From assembly GCA_024742285.1 (NCBI GenBank), contig JANSYR010000009.1, forward strand, positions 193,443 to 257,442: a DNA stretch of 64,000 bases. The letters run 5' to 3'. Within the stretch, counting starts at the first letter, position 1. Every line of letters begins with the position of its first letter. The notes below the pieces were generated by a model that was not told where the DNA came from, did no database searches, and worked only from the letters and a program-made list of their open reading frames with translations. Below are positions 46,829-56,324 of this stretch, in pieces. The DNA comes from a bacterium. GTDB lineage: Bacteria; Myxococcota_A; UBA9160; UBA4427. The position numbers and the translations under genes were made by a program.

Positions 46829-47235
46829 CCGCCCACGTCCGGGGGGTAGGCGTCGTGCTGGGGCAGGTCGTCTTCGATCGTGTACCAGGGGGCCTTCGAG
46901 GCCACGAAGATATGGGCCTCGGGGCGGGCGCCGGGGTCGTCGTCGAGCGTGCCGACCGCGATGAATTCGAAGGCTTCGGCGGCGCCGTGGCGGAAGAAGA
47001 GACTCGAGCCGCAGCGCCCACAGAAGCCCCGCCGGACGGGCTCCGAGGAGCCGTACCAGACGAGCGCGCCGTCCGGATCCTCGACGCGCAGGTTCTCCCG
47101 CAGGACGCGGCCATAGGTCGAGAAGGCCGAGCCGTGGCTACGGCGGCACATCGAGCAGTGGCAGTGGTCGATGCCCTCGAGCGGGCCCTCCGTCTCGTAG
47201 CGGACGGCTTCGCAGAGACAGCTTCCGCGCGGCAT
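46825..47235 (-). CDS. GFA family zinc protein
   Basis: CLCEAVRY...CHCSMCRRSHG...FCGRCGSSL. 136 aa. Confidence 0.8.
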   Translation of the reverse strand: MPRGSCLCEAVRYETEGPLEGIDHCHCSMCRRSHGSAFSTYGRVLRENLRVEDPDGALVWYGSSEPVRRGFCGRCGSSLFFRHGAAEAFEFIAVGTLDDDPGARPEAHIFVASKAPWYTIEDDLPQHDAYPPDVGG

Positions 47236-47244
47236 GCGTACTCC

Positions 47245-48288
47245 CTATTCGAATCCGAGCGCGACCGGGTCGACGACGTTCCGAAGGTCGCGGCCGTCGC
47301 GGAAGCGCTCGAGGTTGTCGATGAAGAGATCGAAGACGTCGTCCATGTAGCGATCGACGGAGACCGACGAGTGGGCCGAGACGTAGACGTTCGGGAGGTC
47401 CCAGAGCGGGTTCGACGGATCCGGCGGCTCGGGATCGAATACGTCGAGGACCGCGGCGGCGAGGGGCTCGTCACGCATCACGCGCGCGAGCTCGATCTCG
47501 TCGACCAGGCTCCCGCGCGAGACGTTCACGAAGACCGCGTGCCGCGGCATCGCGGCGAGGGCCTTCGCGTCGATCAGGTGGCGGGTGTCCGCCGTCGCCG
47601 GTGCGGAGAGGATGACCGCATCCGATCGGGAGAGCAGCGTGTGGAGCTGGTCGGCCGGAAAGAGCTCGTCCACGTCCGGCGACGTGTCGCCGGGTTTCGC
47701 ACTCCGCTTGAGCCCGAGGGTCTTGCAGCCGAGGGCGCGCGCGCGACTCGCGACCGCCTTGCCGATCCCGCCGAGTCCGACGATGCCGATCGTCGAGCCG
47801 GCGAAGGTCCGGCCGTAGGTGCGCTCGAAGGCGTGCTCCTTCTGGTAGGCATCGGCTTCGCGGAAGCGCTTCCAGACCTGGAGCAGGCGACCGATCACCC
47901 ATTCGGACATGGAGCCGGCGGAGACGCCGGTGCAGTTGGTGAGGACGTGGCGTTCGAAGTCGAGCCCGGCGGTCCCGAATTGTTCGACGCCGGCCCCGCA
48001 GCCCTGGACCCAGCGCAGGTTCGGCATGCGCTCGCCGAGGTGGTCCGGCGTATGGAGCGTCGTCAGGACGTGGCAGGTGGCGAGGGCCGCCTCGCGTTCG
48101 GCAGCGACGCCCGCCGCCCAGGGCGGCGGCTCGGGATAGGGCCGGCCCGCGTTCTCGACGGCCCAGTCGACGCCCTCGTCGATCGGGAGGACGACGGGCT
48201 CGACCCCGTCGAGCGCTTCGACACGTTCGACGAAGCGCGGCGCGTGGAAGGGGGGAAAGCCGAGACAGACGCGGAGGGGTTCGGTCAT
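47245..48288 (-). CDS. D-isomer-specific 2-hydroxyacid dehydrogenase family protein
   Basis: NAD motif IGIVGLGGIGKAVASRA, FVNVSRGSLVDE, and VYVSAHSS (catalytic His). Confidence 0.8.
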   Translation of the reverse strand: MTEPLRVCLGFPPFHAPRFVERVEALDGVEPVVLPIDEGVDWAVENAGRPYPEPPPWAAGVAAEREAALATCHVLTTLHTPDHLGERMPNLRWVQGCGAGVEQFGTAGLDFERHVLTNCTGVSAGSMSEWVIGRLLQVWKRFREADAYQKEHAFERTYGRTFAGSTIGIVGLGGIGKAVASRARALGCKTLGLKRSAKPGDTSPDVDELFPADQLHTLLSRSDAVILSAPATADTRHLIDAKALAAMPRHAVFVNVSRGSLVDEIELARVMRDEPLAAAVLDVFDPEPPDPSNPLWDLPNVYVSAHSSVSVDRYMDDVFDLFIDNLERFRDGRDLRNVVDPVALGFE

Positions 48289-48524
48289 GCACTCCTCGGA
48301 GGGATCGGGTGGTCGACGGGGGCGCTTCGAGTGTCGCCCGAAGACGGAGCGGTATCAATCACCACCACGAGCCACGCGCTCTGCCAGGGTTGCCTGGAGG
48401 AGCTCCAGACCGCACTCTCGTCGAACGGTCTGCGCGCCGAGGAGTCGAAGACCCCATCGAATTGAGCTCCGCGCGGCCGGAATGCGCGCCGGCGCCCGCG
48501 CGCGACCCAGCGAGGCCCCTGCGC

Positions 48525-49391
48525 ATGAAGTTCTGGCAGTCGATCACCTGGGCCGAGACCGATCAGCTCGTCGACCTCGCGCGCTTCGCCGAGGATCTCG
48601 GCTTCGAAGGGATCATCGGCGCCGACCACGCGCTCTATCCGAAGGAGATGGCGCCGGCCTATCCCTATTCGCAGTCCGGCTACCCGCCGCAGACGGCGGA
48701 CAGCGAATACCCCGACATGTGGACGAGCTGTGCGGCGATGGCCGCGGTCACGACCCGGCTGCGCTTCGTCTGCGGGATCTACGTTCTCCCGCTCCGCCAC
48801 CCGATCGAGGTCGCGAAGCAGGCAGCGACCCTCGCGATCCTCTCCCAGGGCCGCTTCGCCCTCGGTGTCGGGACCGGCTGGATGAAGGAGGAGTTCGACC
48901 TCTACGACGTCGACTTCTCGAGCCGGGGACGGCGGATGGACGAGATGGTCGAGGTCCTGCGCGGGCTCTGGACCGGGGACTTCTACGAGCACCACGGCGA
49001 GTTCTTCGACTGGGATCCGATCGTGGTTAGCCCGAAGCCCTCCCACCCGATCCCGCTCTACTTCGGAGGCGCGGCCCCGATCGCGCTCCGTCGGACCGCG
49101 CGGGACGGCGAGGGTTGGATCGGCGCCGGCAACACCCTGGAGGACGCGCCGCGGCTCCTCGACGAGCTGTCCAGGCTCCGGGCGGAGGCGGGGCGCTCGG
49201 ACGAGCCCCTCGACACGCTGGTCGGACTCTACGGCGAGGTCGGCCTCGATGACTATCGCCGGCTCGAGGAGCACGGCATGACCGCGGGGATCCATCTGCC
49301 CTTCTGGTTCGCCTTCGACGGACCGTCGTCGCTCGATCAGAAGAAGGCGCTGATGGAGCGGTTCGCCGAGGACGTGCTGCGCCACTTCTGA
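48525..49391 (+). CDS. LLM class oxidoreductase (TIGR03619-like, probably F420-dependent)
   Basis: MKFWQSI...LGFEGIIGADH...LRFVCGIYVLPLRHPIEVAKQAATLAILSQGRFALGVGTGW...IPLYFGGAAPIALRR. Trimmed to the ATG at 48525. Confidence 0.8.
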   Translation: MKFWQSITWAETDQLVDLARFAEDLGFEGIIGADHALYPKEMAPAYPYSQSGYPPQTADSEYPDMWTSCAAMAAVTTRLRFVCGIYVLPLRHPIEVAKQAATLAILSQGRFALGVGTGWMKEEFDLYDVDFSSRGRRMDEMVEVLRGLWTGDFYEHHGEFFDWDPIVVSPKPSHPIPLYFGGAAPIALRRTARDGEGWIGAGNTLEDAPRLLDELSRLRAEAGRSDEPLDTLVGLYGEVGLDDYRRLEEHGMTAGIHLPFWFAFDGPSSLDQKKALMERFAEDVLRHF

Positions 49392-49423
49392 AGCGCTCCG
49401 CGATCTCCTCGGCGCGATCGCGA

Positions 49424-50302
49424 CTAGACCGACGACGCCCGGTCGCGTCTCCGCTCGATGAAGCGCCAGCCCAGGAGCAGGAGCAGGCCGCCCGGCGTCT
49501 GGAAGATCGCGAACGCGAAGATCGGCAGCACCGCCTCGAAGTCCAGGACCTGCGCGACGAGCACGACCCCGAGGAGCGTGTTCTTCACGATCATCTCGAC
49601 GGCGATCGTGACCGCGTCCCGGGCGGGGATCCGGAAGAGCAGCGGAACGGCCATTCCGATGACCATCGCCGCGACCGCGAACGCGGCCGCCGGGGCGAGG
49701 GCTTCGACGAACTGGCTCGGGTCGAGATCGGGGTTCTCGCTCGTGCCGAGGGCTGCGCCGAGGACGATGATGATCGCGCCGGGGATCGTGGCGTGACGCT
49801 CCCATCGAAGCACGTTCGGGTTCCGCGCGCGGGCGATCATGCCGAGGGCGACCGGGAGGACCGTGAACGTGCCGAGCCGCAGGGCCGTCTCGAGGACCGG
49901 CATCTGGATGGCGCCGCCGCCGTCCACCTCGAAGAGCGTGACGGCGAACTGCACCCAGAGCGGGAGCGTGAAGAGGGTGACGAGCGTGGCGGTCGCCGTC
50001 AGCGTGATCGAGAGCGCGGTGTTCCCCCTCGCGAAGTGGACGTACATGTTCGAGAACATGCCGCCCGGGCACGCGGCCACGACCACGATTCCGGTCGCCA
50101 GGATGGGCGGCAGGGCGAAGAGGTTCGCCAACGACACCCCGACCATCGGCATCACGATCAGCTGGAGGACGGTCCCGACGATCGTCGCGCGTGGGCTCGT
50201 CGCGACGCGGCGGAAGTCGTCGGTCACGAGGACCAGGCCCATGCCGAGCATGAGCATGAACATCCCGGCGCTCAGTCCGAGGTCGATCCAGAGCTGCGAC
50301 AA
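49424..50302 (-). CDS. Bile acid:sodium symporter (BASS/SBF) family transporter
   Basis: MLGMGLVLVTDDFRRV...LQLIVMPMVG...VVVAACPGGMFSNMYVHFARGNTALSITLTA. Start is uncertain: a TTG at 50302, 14 nt after the upstream stop, or the ATG at 50263. Confidence 0.75.
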   Translation of the reverse strand: MSQLWIDLGLSAGMFMLMLGMGLVLVTDDFRRVATSPRATIVGTVLQLIVMPMVGVSLANLFALPPILATGIVVVAACPGGMFSNMYVHFARGNTALSITLTATATLVTLFTLPLWVQFAVTLFEVDGGGAIQMPVLETALRLGTFTVLPVALGMIARARNPNVLRWERHATIPGAIIIVLGAALGTSENPDLDPSQFVEALAPAAAFAVAAMVIGMAVPLLFRIPARDAVTIAVEMIVKNTLLGVVLVAQVLDFEAVLPIFAFAIFQTPGGLLLLLGWRFIERRRDRASSV

Positions 50303-50315
50303 AGCGGCGTCGTCC

Positions 50316-51551
50316 TCAGCCCTTGAGGAGGTCCTTGGCGATCGCGCGGATCTGGATCTCGTCCGTCCCCGCGTAGATCTGCAGCACCTTCGCGTCACGC
50401 GCGAACTGCTCGACCACGTACTCCGACATGTATCCGTTGCCGCCGTAGACCTGGACCGCCTCCATCGCGACCTCGACGGCGGCGCGCGCCGAGTAGAGCT
50501 TCATGGCCGAGGCTTCGGCGAAGCTCATCGTCTTGCCGTGGCTGGCGAGCTCGATCGTCCGGAAGACCAGGTTCTGGAGGTTCATCCGGGCGACCTCCAT
50601 CCGCGCGAGCTTGTCCTGGATGAGCTGGTACTCGCCGATCGGTCGTTCGAACTGCACGCGCTCTCGCGCGTACTTGAGGGAGAGCTCGAGACAGCGGTCG
50701 ACCATGCCGAGGGCCATCGCGGCGACGCCGGAGCGCTCGGTCTGGAACGTGCTCTTCGCGCCTTCGCGTCCGCCGCCGCTCTTCTGGAGCGCGGCCTCGC
50801 CGCCGAGCAGGCGATCCATGCCGACGCGAACGTCCTGCAGGAAGAGCTCGCCGGTCGGCGACGAGTGCATGCCCATCTTGCGGAGCGGCTTCGTCTGCTC
50901 GAAGCCGGGCATCCCGCGGTCGAGGACGAAGTTCAGGATCTTGCGATCGCGGGGGTCGACGCCTTCCTCGTCGAGCTTGCAGATGAAGACCGTCGTGTCG
51001 GCGAAGGGGCCGTTCGTGATGAAGGTCTTCGACCCGTTCAGGACGAACTCGTCGCCCTCGCGTCGCGCCGAGCTGCGCATGCCGCCGAAGGCGTCGGAGC
51101 CGGAGCCGGGCTCGGTGATCGCCCAGGCGCCGATCTTGTCGAGGGTCAGGATGTCCCGCGCCCAACGTTCCTTCTGCTCGGTCGTGCCCTTGGAGTTGAT
51201 CGCGGCGGCGGTGAGTCCCGTGCTGACGCCGAGCGCGGTGACCATGCCGGGGCAGTAGCGGCAGAGCTCGATGATCGGGATCAGCGTGGCGGCGGCCTGG
51301 TCGGCGCGCGCGGACGGGTCGCCTCCCGACTTCTTCTCCAGCTTCTCGCCCTTCTTTTCGGCGGCGATCTGCTTGTCGAACCGGGCGCCGGCCATCTCGT
51401 CCATGCCGAACGAGTGGTACATCTTGCGCAGCAGGTCGTAGGGCGGGAGATCGCCGTGCTCCAGCTCCTCGACGTGGGGGGCGATCTCGTTCTCGACGAA
51501 CTGACGGACCGCGTCGCGGATCATCAGCTGGGATTCGCTCCATTCGTGCAT
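50316..51551 (-). CDS. Acyl-CoA dehydrogenase
   Basis: WAITEPGSGSDAFG, KTFITNG, and C-terminal QVYGGNGYMSEYVVEQFARDAKVLQIYAGTDEIQ. Confidence 0.9.
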   Translation of the reverse strand: MHEWSESQLMIRDAVRQFVENEIAPHVEELEHGDLPPYDLLRKMYHSFGMDEMAGARFDKQIAAEKKGEKLEKKSGGDPSARADQAAATLIPIIELCRYCPGMVTALGVSTGLTAAAINSKGTTEQKERWARDILTLDKIGAWAITEPGSGSDAFGGMRSSARREGDEFVLNGSKTFITNGPFADTTVFICKLDEEGVDPRDRKILNFVLDRGMPGFEQTKPLRKMGMHSSPTGELFLQDVRVGMDRLLGGEAALQKSGGGREGAKSTFQTERSGVAAMALGMVDRCLELSLKYARERVQFERPIGEYQLIQDKLARMEVARMNLQNLVFRTIELASHGKTMSFAEASAMKLYSARAAVEVAMEAVQVYGGNGYMSEYVVEQFARDAKVLQIYAGTDEIQIRAIAKDLLKG

Positions 51552-51676
51552 GGCGAGAGTCTCCTTCGGGTCGGGGCAGGGGGTCGCGCGAAGGCTGCAG
51601 TCTAGCCGTGAAGGCGGCGCGCGGGGGGACGCGGGTTCCGTTGACGACGGGGCCCCCTGATTTACGTTCGGCGCCG

Positions 51677-52957
51677 ATGGAAATCCAGCAGGTTCAAAGC
51701 GTCGACGAAATCGATCTCTCCGACCCCCTTTTCTGGATCCGGCCGACGCCGGAGCGGGAGGGCGCCTTCGCGACCCTGCGCGCCGCGAATCCGGTTCCGT
51801 GGTCGAACGAACAGCCGCCGCCCGTCGAGGGGCTGCCCCAGGGGCCGGGCTACTGGTCGCTCACCCGCCACGCCGACGTACTCGAGGCGAGCCGGAACCC
51901 GCAGGTCTACTGCTCCTCGAAGGGGGCGACCTCGATCGCCGACCTGCCGCCGCAGTTCTCGGAGTTCTTCGGTGGGATGATCAACATGGACGACCCGCGG
52001 CACGGGCGACAGCGCCGGATCGTGAGCCGCGGCTTCACGCCCCGCGCCCTCGGCAAGCTCGAGGCGAGCGTGTCCCGGCGCGCCGACGCCGTCGTCGACC
52101 GCGTGATCGAACGCGGCGAGTGCGACTTCGTGAACGACATCGCCGCGCCGCTGCCTCTCGAGATCATCATCGACCTGATGGGCATTCCCGAGAGCCAGAC
52201 GGAGATGGTCTTCCGGAACACGAACGTGATCCTCGGTCTGGGTGATCCCGAGTTCAACAGCGACCCGGCCGCGATCATCCCGCGCGCGCTCGGGGCGGGC
52301 GGCGAGCTCGCCGCGCTCATGAAGGAGATGGCGGAGGATCGGCTGGAGAACCCGACCGACGACCTCACGTCGCAGATCCTGAACGCGGAGCTCGAGGACG
52401 GCGCGCTGACCGGCGACGAGCTCGCTTCGTTCTTCGTGCTGCTCGTCGTCGCGGGCAACGAGACGACCCGCAACGCGATCAGCCACGGCATGAAGGCGCT
52501 TTGCGACTACCCGGACCAGCGCGCGAAGTGGGCGGCGGACTTCGAGGGCGTGGCCGGAACGGCGGTCGAGGAGATCGTCCGCTGGGCCTCGCCGGTCATC
52601 TTCATGCGACGGACCTGCACCCAGGACACCGTCCTCGGCGGGCAGGCCATGAAGGAAGGGGACAAGGTCATCCTCTGGTACAACTCGGCCAACCGTGACG
52701 AGGCCGTCTTCGAGAACCCGTACCAGTTCGACGTGACCCGCACGCCGAACGAGCACGTGGGCTTCGGCGGCCCCGGCCCCCACTTCTGTCTCGGCGCGAA
52801 CCTGGCCCGCCGCGAGATCAAGGTCATGTTCGAGCGGATCTTCCGCCGCCTCCCGGATCTCGAGATCACCGGCGAGCCCGACCTGCTCAAGTCGAACTTC
52901 ATCCACGGGATCAAGCGCATGCCCTGCGCGTTCACGCCCGGGAAGCCCGGCGCCTAG
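51677..52957 (+). CDS. Cytochrome P450 (CYP125/142-like by C-terminal pattern)
   Basis: I-helix AGNETTRN, ExxR (EEIVRW), and heme loop FGGPGPHFCLGANLARRE. Confidence 0.9.
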   Translation: MEIQQVQSVDEIDLSDPLFWIRPTPEREGAFATLRAANPVPWSNEQPPPVEGLPQGPGYWSLTRHADVLEASRNPQVYCSSKGATSIADLPPQFSEFFGGMINMDDPRHGRQRRIVSRGFTPRALGKLEASVSRRADAVVDRVIERGECDFVNDIAAPLPLEIIIDLMGIPESQTEMVFRNTNVILGLGDPEFNSDPAAIIPRALGAGGELAALMKEMAEDRLENPTDDLTSQILNAELEDGALTGDELASFFVLLVVAGNETTRNAISHGMKALCDYPDQRAKWAADFEGVAGTAVEEIVRWASPVIFMRRTCTQDTVLGGQAMKEGDKVILWYNSANRDEAVFENPYQFDVTRTPNEHVGFGGPGPHFCLGANLARREIKVMFERIFRRLPDLEITGEPDLLKSNFIHGIKRMPCAFTPGKPGA

Positions 52958-52986
52958 AACCTGCAGGGCGACCTTGGTCGAGAAGC

Positions 52987-55900
52987 TCAGACGCGCTGAG
53001 CCGGTGAGACCGATTGCAATACGCGACTCGGTACCTGGTACCAAAGCGCCATCATACGTATCGACCAGCTAAGGATCGCCAGAGCGTGACTCGCGACGAG
53101 CTCGAATCCCGTCAGGAGTTCCATGTAGGCTCCGGCGTAGTCGGGTAGACAGGGCGTCGGAAAGAATCCCTGATCACCTTCTCGCGACGCCGACGAGCCT
53201 TCGATTACGAGTCGAAGCCGATGATCCTGGTAGTAGCGCGGCAGCGTGTCGATCAATCTCTGAGCGTCCGACCTGCTCGTGACGATGTAGCTCACGAGAT
53301 CGGATTCGCGGTGGACCCGTGGTTGGAGATGGATCGCGACCATCATCCCCTCCATCACGCGATCCATCTCGGACGTCAGATGGAGTACTTCCGCGCGGGC
53401 TGCGTCACTGAATGAGCCCAGCGGTAGCTCCAGCGAGACCTTGTGAATGCGAGCGAAGGTCTCGTTCACCGCGACGAGGTGTCCGTGGATTGCGGCGAAG
53501 TGCGTATGCGAATCGCCCAGGAACTCGTTGAACGAGTACGCGTCCGGGTTCTTCGTGTCCAGAATCCGCCTAAATCCGCAACCGCTCTTCATGGAGAGCA
53601 GCTCGGGAAAAGGGTTCGCGGCGAATGCATTCTCCTGAAATCGTCTTCGTGCTTCCCCTGAGAGGTCTCGTGCGTTCCCGTTCGCGTCGAGCGCCCATCT
53701 CTTGCGTTGTAGATAGAATTCGAGGGCGTAGTTGAGAAGGTCCGTGTTGATGTATCGGCAAACTCTGTCGATCTGCCCTCTCTCCATTCTCAGGAAACGG
53801 AGATTTCCTGTTCGCTGGCCGACGCGTGGAGATATCCGGTCACCTTTCTCCTCCTCGCGCAACTCCCATTCCGCACGCCTTGCAAGTCGATCCGCCTCGG
53901 GCATCGACTGTGCCGCGTCGTCGTCGATCCAACGCCTTGGCGGTGTAGACGGTACTGCGAAGACACGTTCCGCGTCGCCGCGTGCGAAGTATCGAATCGT
54001 GTCGCGTACGCCCCGGTAGTACCAGGTCATTGGCCACAAACAGTTCAGCGGGACGATCTCGCGATAGGCGTCTTGCGCGTCGTCAACATGGGGCGAGAGA
54101 GGGAGATCTCGGGTTGACCTGTAGGCATTCGGAATGAGCCACTCCTTTGCGATCGCCGCGCTGTCGCTCGAAGGCTCGGGTGCAGCCGGTCCAGTCTCGT
54201 TTTTCCCCTGCTCGGAAGAAAGTTCGGGCCACTCGAGAATGCTTTCGTTCCGATCGAGCTGCTCGTGGTGAGTGCGATCATAGACTCGTCGCAATCGCAC
54301 GACGCGGTCCAGCGTGCCGTCGCGCAGCAACTCGAACAACTTCTCGTCATCGCTCTCCCTTAGCGGGGCAAGTAGCTTTCCCTCGACGTCCTCCAGGTCG
54401 ATCGAATAGAGTTGCTCGATTGGGATCGTCCCTTGAGAGCGGATCTCGCGTTGCGAGTCCGCCCAAACCGCGAGTTCGAGGATGCGGTTGCGGAGCATGA
54501 TCAGTAGGTCGTGGACACTACTGCCCTCGAGCGGCTCTTCTCTGGAGGGCTGGGTGGCTAGCTCGTAGATCTGTCTGCCGTTGTCGCTAAACGGGAACTT
54601 GCAGGTCACTCGCCAGTTCGAAGGCGGCTCGATCAGCTGCTCCTTTGGGAAGTGCTCCATCACCCACCGCGAGGACGCGATCCCTTCGAATCCGAAGCTG
54701 ATGTTACCCAGCTGATGCGCGTAAATTTCTCCAGGGCTGCAGCCGTTCTCGCGGGCCTTCTTGCGGGCCCCCTTCTCGATCTCGCGTGCGAGCTCCAGGA
54801 GGAGTTCGAGGATCTCGCTGTACTTGGTCGGTCTGAAGTTGGTAGACTGATAACTGGTCATTGCCACGTAGTAGAATTCGGCGCGCCGACGAATCATCCA
54901 TCCTTGGAGGGGGTGGCTCGGCGACGTCTTGCCACCGTCGATGATGTGTGGGAACCGTCTGCCGTAGAGGTCTAGACCGGTTGCGATCGGCTGCCAGAAG
55001 AGGAGATGAAAAACGCTTCGTGCGAACGTGCTGACTGGTGCCCAGTATCTCAGGGGTGAGAAAAGGTTGAGGTCGGTGGGGTCGAGATGGGCCTCATTCG
55101 GAAAGCCTTCGAAGAGAAGATCCGGCTTGGCCACGATTCGCATCAATCCCTTCGTCGGCGAAACCAATTCTGATCGATTCCGATAGAGCGACTCGAGCTT
55201 CGATCGCTGATCCTCGCCGCCGTCTCCATCGACGTCTCGAAAGTCTCGACCGAGGTCCGAGTCGAACATCGCGATCGCGCTCTGGATTGCGGGTCCGAGT
55301 GACCAATAGATTGCTTGGCTCTCCCTGACTCGCTGAAGCTGTTCGATTCTCTTCTTCTTTGAGTTTCCTTCTACGTCCTCCTGCCACCTTCGTAGAATCT
55401 CGCGGTGATGCGAAGGACTCAGTTGGTAGAGCGCGTGGTAGTTTCGGTCGTATCGAAGCTGATCCTTCCTGACCAAACGACAGACCGTCCGTCCAGCCAG
55501 GTCGTGCTCGGATACTTCGCGCGTTCTGATGAGCGTTCGCAGCTGACGGATCAACGTCCACCGCTCCGCGATCGTGCCGGTTTCGAGCCATTCCTTGATG
55601 TCGCGGCGGAGCACCTCTCGTTCCTCGCCAGAGAGTCCGTGTGCGAGTTCGCCGACGAGTGCGGATGTCAGCTGGGAGATCTGTTCGAGACCCGCAGGGC
55701 TACTAGGGTCGGGCTTGAGGCGAAGCTCCTTGTCGCTGTCTCCAATCCAGTTGAGAACGCGGTCGTTGAAGGGGGTTCCCCAAGGTGACTGGTAGTGGCG
55801 GTGTCCGGGGCGATGTTGGGGATGCGGGAGGTCGGCGTGCTCATAGCGCGGCCGCTCGTCTCCGACGACCTCTTCGGCAGGAGTCGGACCCGCGAGGTCC

Positions 55901-56007
55901 ATGAGGCTGTTGTGTTCCGGTGAAAACATGAGCTCTCCGCTTCGTTGGAGAGTCGATTCTCGCCTAACTTCGTCGGCGATGTCGACACGACGTCCTTCTC
56001 CGAACAT
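52987..56007 (-). CDS. Large (1006 aa) protein of unknown function in a lower-GC island
   Basis: Uninterrupted 3021-nt ORF. Composition and codon endings differ from all neighbours. No catalytic or structural motif recognised by eye. No signal peptide. Confidence 0.7.
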   Translation of the reverse strand: MFGEGRRVDIADEVRRESTLQRSGELMFSPEHNSLMDLAGPTPAEEVVGDERPRYEHADLPHPQHRPGHRHYQSPWGTPFNDRVLNWIGDSDKELRLKPDPSSPAGLEQISQLTSALVGELAHGLSGEEREVLRRDIKEWLETGTIAERWTLIRQLRTLIRTREVSEHDLAGRTVCRLVRKDQLRYDRNYHALYQLSPSHHREILRRWQEDVEGNSKKKRIEQLQRVRESQAIYWSLGPAIQSAIAMFDSDLGRDFRDVDGDGGEDQRSKLESLYRNRSELVSPTKGLMRIVAKPDLLFEGFPNEAHLDPTDLNLFSPLRYWAPVSTFARSVFHLLFWQPIATGLDLYGRRFPHIIDGGKTSPSHPLQGWMIRRRAEFYYVAMTSYQSTNFRPTKYSEILELLLELAREIEKGARKKARENGCSPGEIYAHQLGNISFGFEGIASSRWVMEHFPKEQLIEPPSNWRVTCKFPFSDNGRQIYELATQPSREEPLEGSSVHDLLIMLRNRILELAVWADSQREIRSQGTIPIEQLYSIDLEDVEGKLLAPLRESDDEKLFELLRDGTLDRVVRLRRVYDRTHHEQLDRNESILEWPELSSEQGKNETGPAAPEPSSDSAAIAKEWLIPNAYRSTRDLPLSPHVDDAQDAYREIVPLNCLWPMTWYYRGVRDTIRYFARGDAERVFAVPSTPPRRWIDDDAAQSMPEADRLARRAEWELREEEKGDRISPRVGQRTGNLRFLRMERGQIDRVCRYINTDLLNYALEFYLQRKRWALDANGNARDLSGEARRRFQENAFAANPFPELLSMKSGCGFRRILDTKNPDAYSFNEFLGDSHTHFAAIHGHLVAVNETFARIHKVSLELPLGSFSDAARAEVLHLTSEMDRVMEGMMVAIHLQPRVHRESDLVSYIVTSRSDAQRLIDTLPRYYQDHRLRLVIEGSSASREGDQGFFPTPCLPDYAGAYMELLTGFELVASHALAILSWSIRMMALWYQVPSRVLQSVSPAQRV

Positions 56008-56324
56008 TGGCGCGACTGGGCGGTTGCGGGGTCTTCACCCGTTGCGAGATCGCTAGGCCCACAGCGGGCACGCGAGATCGGTATCCGCGATCGGGGCGGA
56101 TCTCGCGTCCGGCCTCGTTGCGTCGACCCGCTCCGTTCCGACGGATTGGAGGGTCGGGAGCGGTGGCGAACAAGATTACCGACGACGATGCGGCGACGTA
56201 GGATCCGACTTCAACGCCAGGCGTCGGAAGTTTCCGATGCGACTTCCGGCGCTCCGCGGTACGATTGGCTCCCGGCTCGCCGGCGCTTCACGGCCGGTTG
56301 GCGCGATTGAGATAGAGCGCAGCT

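Noticed and set aside
52958-56324. Calling the low-GC island a mobile element or prophage remnant
   Set aside because: I saw no integrase, transposase, tRNA attachment site or flanking direct/inverted terminal repeats, so only 'compositionally foreign island' is supportable. Chance-level motif hits inside the ORF were judged not significant: the Walker-like IIDGGKTS (wrong spacing), the EF-hand-like DVDGDGGED (lacks the position-12 Glu), and several Rx4-6H strings.
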